Positions 36,885 through 47,504 of a DNA stretch of 64,000 nucleotides are shown piece by piece; the first letter of the stretch is position 1, and each line of letters opens with the position of its first letter. The stretch is from Clostridia bacterium (GTDB lineage: Bacteria; Bacillota; Clostridia; UMGS1883), in assembly GCA_017472685.1 (NCBI GenBank), contig JAFUOO010000004.1:158903-222902 (forward strand), given 5' to 3'. Below the pieces are notes generated by a model. The model had not been told where the DNA came from, made no database searches, and saw only the letters and a program-made list of their open reading frames with translations. The translations under genes were made by a program, and so were the position numbers.

Positions 36885-37778
36885 CTACATTTTTGCCTCT
36901 AAAAGTCTTATATAGTGATTTGCTTCCCGAAGGACATGGTCTGCTAAAAGGGGAAGTATGACTGATGCTATTTTGCAGTCCTGAATTCCTATTGTGCCTG
37001 CCTGTTTAAAGTCGCGGAAGCGCAAAGTTTCATTAAGGGATGCTTGAGTAATATTTCCTTTTGCCCGCGCTTCGCCTAAGAGTGCGGCGTATTCCTTTGC
37101 AAAATTGTCTGAGGTTTCAATCAATTCCTCTTCGGAGGGGTCTAATAGCCCGCGTATAAACATTGCGTGCTCCATCATAATTCTGTTCCAGAACTGTTCG
37201 GTGTCCTTCATGAATTGGTCATTTAAAATTCCGTTTTCGATAGCTGTGATATAGGTGAGGTACAGTTTTGCTTCTCTTAAAATGTGTTCAATCAAAAGGG
37301 GATAATTCATTGTGAACATATTACAGCTTTTTACGTTATTTAAAATACGTTCTTTAAATGCAATAAGCTCTTTCACGAGCATTTTTGCTCTTTTGTTCAA
37401 GGCGGCGACACAAGAAAAACAACGGAGATCGGGCTCACTGCAGTCATCAATGCCGTTTAGCATGGATGCCATTTTAGTGATATTTGTGTTAATGCCTATG
37501 CCTGTAAAGCGGGAGGTTTGTTTTTCGGCATTAAGGGTATAGTCGGTGACAATTTCGCCTGAATCAAGAACTTTTTGGCGTACGGCGTTGTTGCTGACAT
37601 TTACTGTATCTGATAAAAGCTGTTCAAATTGCATTTTAAACCATTCTGCCTTTTTGGCAAATGAAGCATTTGCAGGGGTGAAGCCGGCTTCAAGAAAAAG
37701 CGAATGTTCTTTCATTATTCTGGCAAAAAACAGATGTAATTCGAGTGATTGCATGATATATTTTCTTTGACTTTGCAT
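36885..37778 (-). CDS. DUF2935-family protein (Clostridial helical-bundle family).
   Basis: Duplicated E..HS.F/MMEHA.F helical motifs typical of this family. Confidence 0.5.
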   Translation of the reverse strand: MQSQRKYIMQSLELHLFFARIMKEHSLFLEAGFTPANASFAKKAEWFKMQFEQLLSDTVNVSNNAVRQKVLDSGEIVTDYTLNAEKQTSRFTGIGINTNITKMASMLNGIDDCSEPDLRCFSCVAALNKRAKMLVKELIAFKERILNNVKSCNMFTMNYPLLIEHILREAKLYLTYITAIENGILNDQFMKDTEQFWNRIMMEHAMFIRGLLDPSEEELIETSDNFAKEYAALLGEARAKGNITQASLNETLRFRDFKQAGTIGIQDCKIASVILPLLADHVLREANHYIRLLEAKM

Positions 37779-37884
37779 GATACTATAGTCCTTTCAAAAG
37801 TTTTATCTTACAAATTAATATATGCTATAATCGGGAGAAGAGTTCGTAGTGTGACAGACATCTGTTGACAAAATAGTGCCAAAG

Positions 37885-37913
37885 TTGACAATAAGGTGGA
37901 GAAAGCGTATAAT
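37885..37913 (+). promoter_or_regulatory. Consensus sigma-A promoter upstream of the EamA transporter gene.
   Basis: TTGACA, a 17-nt spacer, then TATAAT, about 50 nt before the start codon. Confidence 0.55.
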
Positions 37914-37963
37914 TGCCATGAGAATAAATCTTGATTGTGTTGATTTTGCACGGAGGTAAATTT

Positions 37964-38839
37964 ATGAAGTATATTGAAAAAAATCCGATAATTATGATTA
38001 TAATCGGCGTTATAGGCATCTCCCTTTCGTCCATTTTTGTGAAATATTCCGCCGCGCCCTCGGCTGTTACGGCAGCCTACAGGCTCATATGGACGGTTTT
38101 GCTGTTATCGCCTGCCGTGTGGGGCAAGAGGGAAGTGCGCAAGGAGCTTTTGTCCGCAGGAAAGAAAACGTTTCTCCTCAGTAGTCTCAGCGGCGTATTC
38201 CTTGCGGTGCATTTTGTGCTGTGGTTTGAATCACTTTCACACACCTCGGTTGCAAGCAGCACAACAATTGTGTGCACTGAGGTTGTGTGGGTTGCGCTCG
38301 GGTTTGCAGTGTTTTTAAAGGGCAAAATATCGCGCAAGGCTATTTTAGCAATGGGCATTGCTCTTTTTGGCAGTGTGCTCATAGCCTGTGCCGATGCAGG
38401 CGGGGAAACACATCTCTACGGGGACGTGCTGGCACTTCTTGCGGCAATTGCCGTTGCTGCGTATATGCTTTTAGGCAGAATTGTCAGGAAAAACACCTCC
38501 ACCACCGTTTATACATATGTAGTGTATGTGAGCTGCGCCGTAGCCCTGGTTATTATGTGCGCTATTTCAAAGGTGAGCCTGTTTGCCTACGGCTACAGTG
38601 CACCTGTTGTGGGGCTTTTGCTCTCCGTGTTTTCAACAATACTCGGACACAGCATTTTTTCCTGGTGTCTTAAGTTTTTCACACCTTCCTTTGTATCGGC
38701 ATCAAAGCTGTGCGAGCCTGTTGTGGCGGCAGTCCTGGCAGGGGTGCTTTTTGGCGAAATACCCTCTTTGTTGCAGCTTGCAGGCGGCGTGCTTGTTCTG
38801 GGCGGGGTGTATTACTATTCAAGAATTGAAAAGGAATAA
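37964..38839 (+). CDS. EamA/DMT-family transporter.
   Basis: Ten TM helices in a duplicated EamA pattern. GGAGGT RBS. Confidence 0.75.
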   Translation: MKYIEKNPIIMIIIGVIGISLSSIFVKYSAAPSAVTAAYRLIWTVLLLSPAVWGKREVRKELLSAGKKTFLLSSLSGVFLAVHFVLWFESLSHTSVASSTTIVCTEVVWVALGFAVFLKGKISRKAILAMGIALFGSVLIACADAGGETHLYGDVLALLAAIAVAAYMLLGRIVRKNTSTTVYTYVVYVSCAVALVIMCAISKVSLFAYGYSAPVVGLLLSVFSTILGHSIFSWCLKFFTPSFVSASKLCEPVVAAVLAGVLFGEIPSLLQLAGGVLVLGGVYYYSRIEKE

Positions 38840-38996
38840 ACAATTAACAAGAGCCGTCCTTTTTAGGGCGGCTCTTTGTTCATAAGAAAATATCGGCACT
38901 CAATTTTGTTAACCAAAAAGTAACAAGTTAAATAGTGACAAATGCGGTAAAATAATATATAATTAAATAAATAAGCGCATGAGAAGGGGTTTTAGT

Positions 38997-40094
38997 ATGA
39001 ATATAACCTGGAAAAACTGTATCAGAGTATGCGTGAGCGTTTTTGTGCTGTATTTGTGCATGGAATATTTTCAGAAGCTGCTGGGTCTTATAGGCGTTGT
39101 TCTGGGTGCTGCATTGCCGCTTTTTATCGGCGGTGTGATTGCCTATGTGGTAAATATACTTATGAGCTTTTACGAAAAGCATTATTTCCCCAATAGCTCT
39201 AAGCAGGCAGCATTAAAAAGCCGAAGAGCAGTTTGCATGGTGGGTGCCTTTCTTTCTGTTATTGCCATCATCACACTTGTAATAAATCTTGTATTGCCCC
39301 AGTTCATATCCTGTATTCAGCTTTTGCTTTCAAAGCTTCCCGAGGCTGTTGACTTTATAGTCAGAGCGGCTGACAAATGGGGAATTGTGCCCGAGGATAT
39401 GATAAACTCTGTAAAAAGCATTGACTGGCAGTCAAGGTTTACCGACCTTTTTGCCATGCTTACTTCCAGCATGGGCAGTGTTGCAAAGCTTGTGGCAAAT
39501 GTGTTCTCGGGCATTGTAACGGGTCTTTTAAGCGTGATTTTTTCAATTTATCTGCTTTTGTCAAAGGATATGCTGAAAAGGCAGGCGGGAATGCTTTTTA
39601 AGGTTACGGTGTCGGAAAGCTTCAGAGGGAAGATAAAATACGTTTACGAAACCTTTGATGACAGCTTCAGAAAATATATTTCCGGTCAGTGCATAGAGGC
39701 AGTTATCCTCGGTGCGCTCTGCACCTTGGGAATGCTTATTCTCGGGCTGCCCTACGCTGCCATGATTGGTGCATTTATTGCCTTTACGGCGCTCATTCCC
39801 GTTGCAGGTGCTTATATAGGCGCGGCGGTAGGCGCATTTATGATACTGACAGTTTCGCCCGTGAAGGCTCTTGTTTTCCTTGTTTTCATCGTCATACTCC
39901 AGCAGCTTGAGGGTAACCTCATTTATCCGAGGGTGGTTGGCTCGTCAATAGGGCTTCCTGCTATATGGGTGCTTGCGGCAGTAACCGTGGGCGGAGGTAT
40001 TATGGGCGTTGTGGGCATGCTTTTAGGCGTACCTGTGGCGGCGGCACTTTATAAGCTTATAGGAAACAGTGTTAAAAAAGGAATAACTGAATAG
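38997..40094 (+). CDS. AI-2E family transporter (UPF0118, PerM-like).
   Basis: Characteristic TM arrangement with a large cytoplasmic loop and a Gly-rich C-terminal TM (GLPAIWVLAAVTVGGGIMG). Confidence 0.75.
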   Translation: MNITWKNCIRVCVSVFVLYLCMEYFQKLLGLIGVVLGAALPLFIGGVIAYVVNILMSFYEKHYFPNSSKQAALKSRRAVCMVGAFLSVIAIITLVINLVLPQFISCIQLLLSKLPEAVDFIVRAADKWGIVPEDMINSVKSIDWQSRFTDLFAMLTSSMGSVAKLVANVFSGIVTGLLSVIFSIYLLLSKDMLKRQAGMLFKVTVSESFRGKIKYVYETFDDSFRKYISGQCIEAVILGALCTLGMLILGLPYAAMIGAFIAFTALIPVAGAYIGAAVGAFMILTVSPVKALVFLVFIVILQQLEGNLIYPRVVGSSIGLPAIWVLAAVTVGGGIMGVVGMLLGVPVAAALYKLIGNSVKKGITE

Positions 40095-40119
40095 AATAAC
40101 CCAGAGAGGAGATTGAGAT

Positions 40120-40677
40120 ATGTCAAAAAGATATTTTGCATGTGTATACGGAGGCGCATCGGAAAAAATTGCCGATGAACATAAAAAGGCGGTAGAACGC
40201 CTTGGTGAAATTATTGCAGAAAGCAACCTTTCCCTTGTTTACGGCGCAGGCGCAACGGGCTGTATGGGTGCTGTTGCCCGCGGTGTTAAAAAAGCAGGCG
40301 GCTTTGTAATGGGCATAACCCCCGATTTTATCGAAAGCTTTGAAGAAATATTCGACTGCGACAACACCGTAAAGGTTGACACCATGGCAGAAAGAAAAAC
40401 CCTTATGGAAAAGCATGCCGATGTGTTCATCATTGCCCCCGGCGGCATAGGCACCATGGACGAATTTTTCCAGGTTTTGACCCTTAAGTATCTGGAAAGA
40501 ACGGATGCACCCATTGTTGTGTTGAATCTTAATGGCTTTTATGACGGACTTATGGTTTTGATGGAGTCGCTCATAAAGAACAATGCTGTGTACAGAGAGG
40601 TGCATTCGCTTTTTGAGGTGGTAGACTCTGTTGAGGACGAAAAGCTTAAAAAAATATTGAAGGATATTCAGAAATGA
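40120..40677 (+). CDS. LOG-family protein (cytokinin riboside 5'-monophosphate phosphoribohydrolase-like).
   Basis: PGGxGTxxE motif (PGGIGTMDEF) and a Rossmann-like GAGATG segment. Confidence 0.8.
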   Translation: MSKRYFACVYGGASEKIADEHKKAVERLGEIIAESNLSLVYGAGATGCMGAVARGVKKAGGFVMGITPDFIESFEEIFDCDNTVKVDTMAERKTLMEKHADVFIIAPGGIGTMDEFFQVLTLKYLERTDAPIVVLNLNGFYDGLMVLMESLIKNNAVYREVHSLFEVVDSVEDEKLKKILKDIQK

Positions 40678-40940
40678 AAAAGAGGCTTAAATGGCGGTGC
40701 TCCTTAGGTAGCACCGCCATTTAAGCCTCTTTTTGTGTAAAAACCTTATCGGGAAAGAACGGACATTATCTGCAGTAAAGAATGAATTAAGAATATGCTG
40801 AAAAGATTGTTTTCTTGTTATATTTATGTTAAAAATATAATTGTAGTCTAAAGTGTTTGAAACACGATTGCGAACATATACAAGTGTGACTGACGAATGT
40901 GAATACATTCCGATAAAAAATTAAGAAAGAAAGGTGTTTT

Positions 40941-41993
40941 ATGGAGATTTTAGAATTTTGGCAACAGATGACGGCAAATCCGTTGCTTTTCATCGCGGTA
41001 ATGCTGACACTTGGTGTTATTCTGGTAAACGGTTGGACGGATGCGCCCAATGCTATCGCAACTTGTGTTGTAACAAGGTGTATGCCTGCTAAGGCGGCAA
41101 TACTTATGGCAGCAGTGTTCAATTTCCTCGGTGTTTTTGTAATGACCAAAATCAGCAATGAAGTTGCCGTAACCATTACAAAAATGGTAAACTTCGGCGA
41201 GAACTCCAACCGCACAATCATTATCGTACTATGCGCGGCAATGCTTGCAATTGTTATCTGGGCGACACTTGCGTGGGTATTCGGTATCCCCACAAGTGAA
41301 AGTCACGCACTTATCGCAGGTCTTACAGGCGGTGCTATGGCTCTTTGCGGTTTTGATGCGATTGTATGGAGTCAGTGGCAGAAGGTTGTTTACGGTATTG
41401 TAATTTCTGTAAGCTTGGGTTTTGGTCTTGCGTGGTTGATATGCAAGATAGTAACTAAAATTTTTTATAAGGCTAATCGTCCCAAAACAGAGCCGTTTTT
41501 CCGCTTTGCACAGATAGTTGGTGCTGCAGCGATGGCATTTATGCACGGTGCACAGGACGGTCAGAAGTTCATGGGTATTATACTGCTTTGTGTATTTACA
41601 CTTCAAAGCACCGCAGCGGCAGCCACTACGTTCGAAATTCCCACATGGCTCATGGTTCTCTGCTCTGTTGTTATGGGGCTTGGTACATCAATGGGTGGCA
41701 AAAAAATTATTAAGTCTGTAGGTATGGACATGGTAAAGCTTGAAAAATATCAGGGCTTTTCAGCCGATATTGCATCGTCAATTTCGCTGGTATTCTGTTC
41801 GGTGTTCGGCCTTCCCGTATCTACAACTCATGTAAAAACTACATCTATAATGGGTGTGGGTGCTGTTAAAAGAGTATCGGCAATTAACTTTGGTGTAGTT
41901 AAAGAAATGGTTTTGACATGGATTCTTACATTCCCCGGATGCGGACTTCTCGCATTCCTGGTAACAAAACTGTTCTTGTTAATTTTTAACTGA
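40941..41993 (+). CDS. pit: Inorganic phosphate transporter, PiT family.
   Basis: NGWTDAPNAIAT signature and the C-terminal repeat. Confidence 0.8.
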   Translation: MEILEFWQQMTANPLLFIAVMLTLGVILVNGWTDAPNAIATCVVTRCMPAKAAILMAAVFNFLGVFVMTKISNEVAVTITKMVNFGENSNRTIIIVLCAAMLAIVIWATLAWVFGIPTSESHALIAGLTGGAMALCGFDAIVWSQWQKVVYGIVISVSLGFGLAWLICKIVTKIFYKANRPKTEPFFRFAQIVGAAAMAFMHGAQDGQKFMGIILLCVFTLQSTAAAATTFEIPTWLMVLCSVVMGLGTSMGGKKIIKSVGMDMVKLEKYQGFSADIASSISLVFCSVFGLPVSTTHVKTTSIMGVGAVKRVSAINFGVVKEMVLTWILTFPGCGLLAFLVTKLFLLIFN

Positions 41994-42011
41994 TAGAAAG
42001 GAATTGATAAA

Positions 42012-42632
42012 ATGGCTAAAGGTGATAAGTTTTATTTTGAAAATTTTGCAGAATGTGCTCATCTTTCTAAAAAAGCGGCAGATTATCTTGTAAAGTGCAT
42101 GGAGGATTACAAATCCGAAAACATCACAAAAATGCTTGAGGAAATGCACGAAATAGAGCACAGCGCAGACAAGAAAAAGCATGAAATGCATGAGGCACTT
42201 GCAAAGGCATTCGTAACGCCTGTTGACCGTGAAGATTTGGATATGTTGAGCCACAGATTGGACAATGTTCCCGACAAAATCGAGGAAATATTACAGAAAT
42301 TTTATATTTACAATGTTCAGTCAATTACACCCTCGGCGATTATATTTGCAAAAAATATTGTAAAAGCGTGCGAGCTTCTCAACGAAATAATGGACGAGTT
42401 TGAAAACTTTAAGAAGCCTAAAAAAATTCATGAGCTTATTATAAAGGTTAACGACATAGAAGAAGAGTGTGATAAGCTTTATCTTAAATCAATGCGTGAA
42501 AATACAAAGAACTCAGATGATGTACTTCTGACAATGTCATGGTACAAGATTTACGGCTGTTTTGAGGCATGTATTGATGCCTGTGAAAATGTGGCTGAAT
42601 GTGTTGCAACAGTTATTATGAAAAACACATGA
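42012..42632 (+). CDS. DUF47 / PhoU-like Pit-accessory protein.
   Basis: Helical PhoU-like repeats. Lies immediately downstream of pit. Confidence 0.7.
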   Translation: MAKGDKFYFENFAECAHLSKKAADYLVKCMEDYKSENITKMLEEMHEIEHSADKKKHEMHEALAKAFVTPVDREDLDMLSHRLDNVPDKIEEILQKFYIYNVQSITPSAIIFAKNIVKACELLNEIMDEFENFKKPKKIHELIIKVNDIEEECDKLYLKSMRENTKNSDDVLLTMSWYKIYGCFEACIDACENVAECVATVIMKNT

Positions 42633-42719
42633 TCAAATACAAAATCCCTGTTCTGCGATATGCAGAACAGGGATTTTTCTACAGTCTGAACGGAATGCAA
42701 CATGCAAGCCGTTTTTGTG

Positions 42720-44522
42720 TTACTTTTTAATTGTGTAAACCTTTTCGCCGACTGTTACCACAAATTCCGTTTCTGTTTCCTGAAGGGTGGGTGTGAATTC
42801 TGCTTGTTTTGTGGAGGAATAAACGCCCATGGCGATTGTGTGACAGCCTTTATCCAAAGAATACTTTACAGTGGGGATTGCCGCGCGGGAGAAGAGCAGG
42901 TTTGTGTTGGATTCTGTGCCGATAATGTCGCAGCTTCCGTCACCTGACATAAGTGCAACACCTGTTACCATACCTTCCTGAACGCCGTAGGCAAAAGCCT
43001 TCTCACGTTTCCATTCGGTGGGAAGTGAGCGGTTAAAGGCAAAGCCACCGTCAGCTGCGTCAAGGTTACGCTCTGTTGTAATGCGGTGAATTCTCACGCT
43101 CCAGGGCAGAGCGGCGATAACGTAGGTTTCAACCGTAACATCGTTCCAGGGTGCCCACTTTGTGTAAAGGTATTCGTCAAAGACTTCAAACTCCTTACAA
43201 AGGCGCTTTATGCGGTAGGAGTTGTCCTTTTCGCTTAATGCAAGTGCATTGTCAAATGCACCCTGTCCAAGGCCCCATTCAGCCTTAGGAGCAGAAAAGC
43301 CGTGAAGGTTTGAATACGCAAATTTTTCATATTTTGCACCGCAGTGGGTGTGAGTGTTTGTATAGGGATAGCCTGCGTTGAAAAGCACAGCGTGGTTGCC
43401 GTCACGTGCGGCAATAAGGTGTGCCTTGGGCATTGCGTGCACCTTATCAAGCTCGGGAAGGGGCTTTTCCTCGCTTGTCCAGAAGGGATGACTTTCGTCG
43501 AGTGCAAGCACTAAAAAGCTCTTTAATGCCCAGTAGGGTGAGCCTGGTGCGTTGTAGCCCTCGGTCATAATAAGGGAGGGGTAGCCGTAGCCGATGGTGA
43601 GTAGCCCTGCCTTGTCAAAAATGGGGCGACTAAACCAGCTTCTTAAATGACGGAGGATAATACCCTTTACCACGCCCATATCATAGCCGTCAACCTCTGC
43701 ATAAGCGTATGCCGACCAGAATGCACATTGAGCGAAGCGGTAGGTCATGCTTCTGCCATGGGGGATTGCACTGCCGTCGGGAGCAAACCAATATATAAAC
43801 TCCTTGGCATATGCTTTTGCACGGTTTTTGATTTCGTTGCAGAATTCGGTATCCTCGTTTTCCATCTGCTTTGCGTATATAAGTGAATAGAAGTAAATTG
43901 CAAAGGGGAGATAGTAATCCGTATGTGCGTTGACGCCGTCCTGATACCAGCCGTCACCAAGGTAGAAGGTTTCAATCGTATCAAAGGCTTTCTTCACAAC
44001 CTCGGCGTTGTAGGGTCTGCCAACACGCTTGAAGCCAAGGTTTACCATAACCGCAAAGAGCACCCAGTTGCACTCCCATGCCTTGCGGTAATTAACTAAA
44101 TTAAGCCAGTTGTAGAGGTTATCCTTTTCCTTGTCAGAAAGAGGGTCCCATATTTTTTCGGGAGCAGGAATGAGCGCAAGACCCATTGCAGCCATTTCAA
44201 CCAATTTTTGGTCATGATGGCCTGCCTCGCCCCAGTATTCGTCACTTTCGGGGTCTGTGCCTGCAATAAAGCCTTGACGGTAAATTTCAGCCCAATCGTC
44301 GTCACCGCCGTCTGTGAAAAGAGGAGCAAGTGCCCACAAGGGACGGGAAAAGGCTTCTATCATAGCTGTTTCGTCGCCGTATGCCGCACTTGTCGCACCA
44401 AGGTTAAGGTATGCCTTCTTGGGCGAAAAGTGTGCCTTAAGTGGCTCGCATATGTCGCGGACAGCTTTTTTCATGTCATCACGTGTTTTTAAGGGATTGT
44501 TTTTCAAAAGCTCACTTGTCAT
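42720..44522 (-). CDS. DUF2264-domain protein, putative glycoside hydrolase-like.
   Basis: Conserved DUF2264 blocks (WEC.WVLFAVM.N, GDGWYQDG). Confidence 0.5.
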   Translation of the reverse strand: MTSELLKNNPLKTRDDMKKAVRDICEPLKAHFSPKKAYLNLGATSAAYGDETAMIEAFSRPLWALAPLFTDGGDDDWAEIYRQGFIAGTDPESDEYWGEAGHHDQKLVEMAAMGLALIPAPEKIWDPLSDKEKDNLYNWLNLVNYRKAWECNWVLFAVMVNLGFKRVGRPYNAEVVKKAFDTIETFYLGDGWYQDGVNAHTDYYLPFAIYFYSLIYAKQMENEDTEFCNEIKNRAKAYAKEFIYWFAPDGSAIPHGRSMTYRFAQCAFWSAYAYAEVDGYDMGVVKGIILRHLRSWFSRPIFDKAGLLTIGYGYPSLIMTEGYNAPGSPYWALKSFLVLALDESHPFWTSEEKPLPELDKVHAMPKAHLIAARDGNHAVLFNAGYPYTNTHTHCGAKYEKFAYSNLHGFSAPKAEWGLGQGAFDNALALSEKDNSYRIKRLCKEFEVFDEYLYTKWAPWNDVTVETYVIAALPWSVRIHRITTERNLDAADGGFAFNRSLPTEWKREKAFAYGVQEGMVTGVALMSGDGSCDIIGTESNTNLLFSRAAIPTVKYSLDKGCHTIAMGVYSSTKQAEFTPTLQETETEFVVTVGEKVYTIKK

Positions 44523-45475
44523 TGTAAATCTCCTTCTTCATCTGTGGGGAATGTAATCTCGTAGCGTGTGTTAACCTCGTCCTCGGCAAATACAATGCCG
44601 TCTTCAAGCCTTATACTTCCCGACGTGCGGTACTTAAGGTCGTTAAGATTGCCGATTTTAATCTCTGTAAGTGCATCAACAGCTGCTGCGGGACCCTTTA
44701 CCCTCACTTCCTTGGGTGTGAGAGTAAATTCTGTTTTTTCTTCGCCTTCGGGAATTTCAACAGTGAGCGGAACTGTAGCCTCCTTGTAAATTTCAAAGGT
44801 TACAGACACCTTTTCCGGAGTAAGCTTCAGCCCTTCAATTTCTGCACCGCTTTCATCAACACATACAAGGGAAAGCTCGCGCGTGACAGTGTCTGTAACA
44901 TTGGAAAGGTCAACCTTTTCTGTTTTCACTCTGTAAACTGCGTTAACATCGTTTTCGCCACCCGATACCTGAACAGACTTGTCACTCTCTGTAACGGGGA
45001 TGGTGTCTTTTACGTAGTAACCGCCCGCAGGCTCTTTGGAAACATTAATCTCCACGGGAAGCTTTCTTGAAGCGTAGGGAGTTACAACGAAATCCAAAGT
45101 GGCTTTGTCTGTATTGATATCGCCTGCAGGAACAACCACCGAAACAAAGGACACCGTTGCCTTGAGGGATGCAGAGCCTTCTTCTGTAAGGCTTGACACA
45201 TCAACCGTTGCTCTGGCGTTTTTTGTGGTGATGCTTCTAAACTGTGAGCGCTTTGCCGTAACCTTAACATCCACCTTGTTGTCCGAGGTCAGCTTGGCAG
45301 ATAAGCCCTCCTTATTGAGCTTGTCTTCGCCTGCGACCGTAACGGGAATGTTTGTTATTGTTAAAGTAATTTCGGGCGAAACCACGTAGGAGACATAAAT
45401 CCAGAGGAAAAATGCACAGAAGATACAAATAACAAGGTGCACGGCCTTTGTGTTGAGTTTAGTTTCTCTTGACAT
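44519..45475 (-). CDS. cdaR: YbbR-domain protein (CdaR, regulator of the c-di-AMP synthase CdaA).
   Basis: N-terminal TM plus repeated YbbR-like beta-domains. Lies downstream of, and overlaps, cdaA. Confidence 0.65.
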   Translation of the reverse strand: MSRETKLNTKAVHLVICIFCAFFLWIYVSYVVSPEITLTITNIPVTVAGEDKLNKEGLSAKLTSDNKVDVKVTAKRSQFRSITTKNARATVDVSSLTEEGSASLKATVSFVSVVVPAGDINTDKATLDFVVTPYASRKLPVEINVSKEPAGGYYVKDTIPVTESDKSVQVSGGENDVNAVYRVKTEKVDLSNVTDTVTRELSLVCVDESGAEIEGLKLTPEKVSVTFEIYKEATVPLTVEIPEGEEKTEFTLTPKEVRVKGPAAAVDALTEIKIGNLNDLKYRTSGSIRLEDGIVFAEDEVNTRYEITFPTDEEGDLQ

Positions 45476-46316
45476 TTATAATCTCCCTCCATTTGTTATG
45501 TATTTTGGCTTTTTCGTCGGAAACATCGTCACCGCGGAAAATCTTTGTCACAGCCTCCAAAAGAGCAGGCTCAGAGAAATTACGTGTCAGTTTTCCGTTC
45601 TGCGCAATGCTGATTATGCCTGTTTCCTCAGAAACCACAATTACGGAAGCATCGCAGTTTTCGGTGAGACCTATTGCCGCGCGGTGGCGTGTGCCCAACT
45701 CACGGCTGAGCGACTCGTCACGTGTTAAGGGCAATACACATGCGGCGTAGCGGACAGTATCGTTGGTGATAACAACGGCGCCGTCATGGAGGGGAGTTTT
45801 ATCAAAGAAAATTGTAATGAGCAAATCTGATGTAACCTTGGCGTTGAGCTCTGTACCCGTACCGAAAATGTCGCCAAGCCCCGAAGTGCCCTCGATAACA
45901 ATAAGTGCACCTAACCTTGCACGGGAAAGGGCGCAGGCAGCCTTTGTAATTTCGGAGGCTGTTTTTACACTGTCAACCTTTTCGCCCTTGAAGAAGGACT
46001 CGAAATTTGTTCTGCCTATCTGCTGGAGAATACGCCTCAGCTCGGGCTGGAAAAGGATAACCAGCGCTAAAATACCAACCTGCATGGTGTTAATCAGAAT
46101 AAAGTTAACCGTATTAAGTCGCAGAATGCCGCTTATCCATGTGGCAAGCAGGAAGAATATAACACCCTTTAAAATCTGCCACACCCTTGCCTCGCGGATA
46201 AGATTTGAAAGATAGTAAAAAACGAAGGCAACGATAGCCACGTCAATAATATCCGTAATTCTCAGCACCTTGAAAAACGTTAAAACTGAAGAAATGATTG
46301 TATCCATGCGCAACAC
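45459..46316 (-). CDS. cdaA: Diadenylate cyclase CdaA.
   Basis: Three N-terminal TM helices. DAC-domain motifs DGAVVI and GTRHRAA. Confidence 0.8.
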   Translation of the reverse strand: MLRMDTIISSVLTFFKVLRITDIIDVAIVAFVFYYLSNLIREARVWQILKGVIFFLLATWISGILRLNTVNFILINTMQVGILALVILFQPELRRILQQIGRTNFESFFKGEKVDSVKTASEITKAACALSRARLGALIVIEGTSGLGDIFGTGTELNAKVTSDLLITIFFDKTPLHDGAVVITNDTVRYAACVLPLTRDESLSRELGTRHRAAIGLTENCDASVIVVSEETGIISIAQNGKLTRNFSEPALLEAVTKIFRGDDVSDEKAKIHNKWREIINVKRN

Positions 46317-46387
46317 ACCTCGATTTCATTACAATTATAGTTAATACCATTATACAATGAAACCGAGGTAAAATAAAGAGTTTTTAT

Positions 46388-47500
46388 TCATTTTTCTATT
46401 ATTTTTTTGAAGGCTGAAACAGCCGACTCAATGTGAGCCTTTTCGGTAAAATAGCCGGGCGAGAAGCGCAATGTTCCGCTGTGGATTGTTCCTAAGGTGC
46501 GGTGAGCGAGGGGTGCACAGTGAAGCCCTGCACGCACACAGATGCCTTCGCGGTTTAATTCTTCTGCAAGCTCTACCACATCTTTATTTTTCACCGTTAC
46601 GCTGACGGCACTTGTTCTTTCTCTTTCGCCGGGAATTGTAACAGCAGGGATTTCACTGAGCAGGTCATAAAGATAGCGCGTTATTTCTTTTTCCTTCTCG
46701 TAAACGCCCTCTCTTAAAATAAACCTGACCCCTTCGTTAAGAGCGGCTATACCCGGGGCATTTACCGTGCCTGCATGGAAAAGGTCGGGATACTCCTGAG
46801 GCATGCGCGCACTTTCGGAATAGCTTCCCGTGCCGCCGTAAAGAAGCGGTTTTACATCAATGCCCTTACGGATGTAAAGTGCACCTGTGCCCATTGTACC
46901 GAAAAGCCCCTTGTGCCCCGAAAATGCAGCCAGGTCAAAGGCGGATGCATCTATGGGGATAATTCCTGCACTCTGAGAAAGGTCAAAGAGGGTATAAACC
47001 TTGTGGCGCTTTGCAATGCGCGAAACGGTGTATATATCGTTTATAGTGCCCGACACGTTGGAGGAATGAATAAGGCATATGAGCTTTGTTTTGCTTGAAA
47101 TGAGCCTTTCTATGCTCTCGGGCAGAATTTTTCCCTCGGGGGTGCCGTGGGCTATTTTAAGCGACGCGCCCCGCTTTGTTGCCTCGTGGGAGGCGCGCAT
47201 CACACTGTTGTGCTCCATTGATGAAATGATAATCTCGTCACCGGGGTTTATTAAACCGAAAATGGCTGCGTTTATTGCCTCGGTGGCATTTTTGGTGAAT
47301 ACTATTCTCTCGGGTGTGGGAATGGAAAAGAGCTTTGCAATGCTTTCCTGACATTCGTACAGAATTTCGGATGCGCGTATGGCACTGTCGTAGCCGCCTC
47401 TGCCGGGACTTGCCCCGCAATTTAGCATAAAGTCTGTCACTGTATTTATAACTGTATCGGGTTTGGGAAAGGTGGTGGCAGCGTTGTCGAGATAAATCAA
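46388..47500 (-). CDS. Class-V aminotransferase / cysteine desulfurase family protein.
   Basis: IYLDNAATT N-terminus and the SGHK PLP-lysine motif. Confidence 0.75.
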   Translation of the reverse strand: MIYLDNAATTFPKPDTVINTVTDFMLNCGASPGRGGYDSAIRASEILYECQESIAKLFSIPTPERIVFTKNATEAINAAIFGLINPGDEIIISSMEHNSVMRASHEATKRGASLKIAHGTPEGKILPESIERLISSKTKLICLIHSSNVSGTINDIYTVSRIAKRHKVYTLFDLSQSAGIIPIDASAFDLAAFSGHKGLFGTMGTGALYIRKGIDVKPLLYGGTGSYSESARMPQEYPDLFHAGTVNAPGIAALNEGVRFILREGVYEKEKEITRYLYDLLSEIPAVTIPGERERTSAVSVTVKNKDVVELAEELNREGICVRAGLHCAPLAHRTLGTIHSGTLRFSPGYFTEKAHIESAVSAFKKIIEK

Positions 47501-47504
47501 GGTA

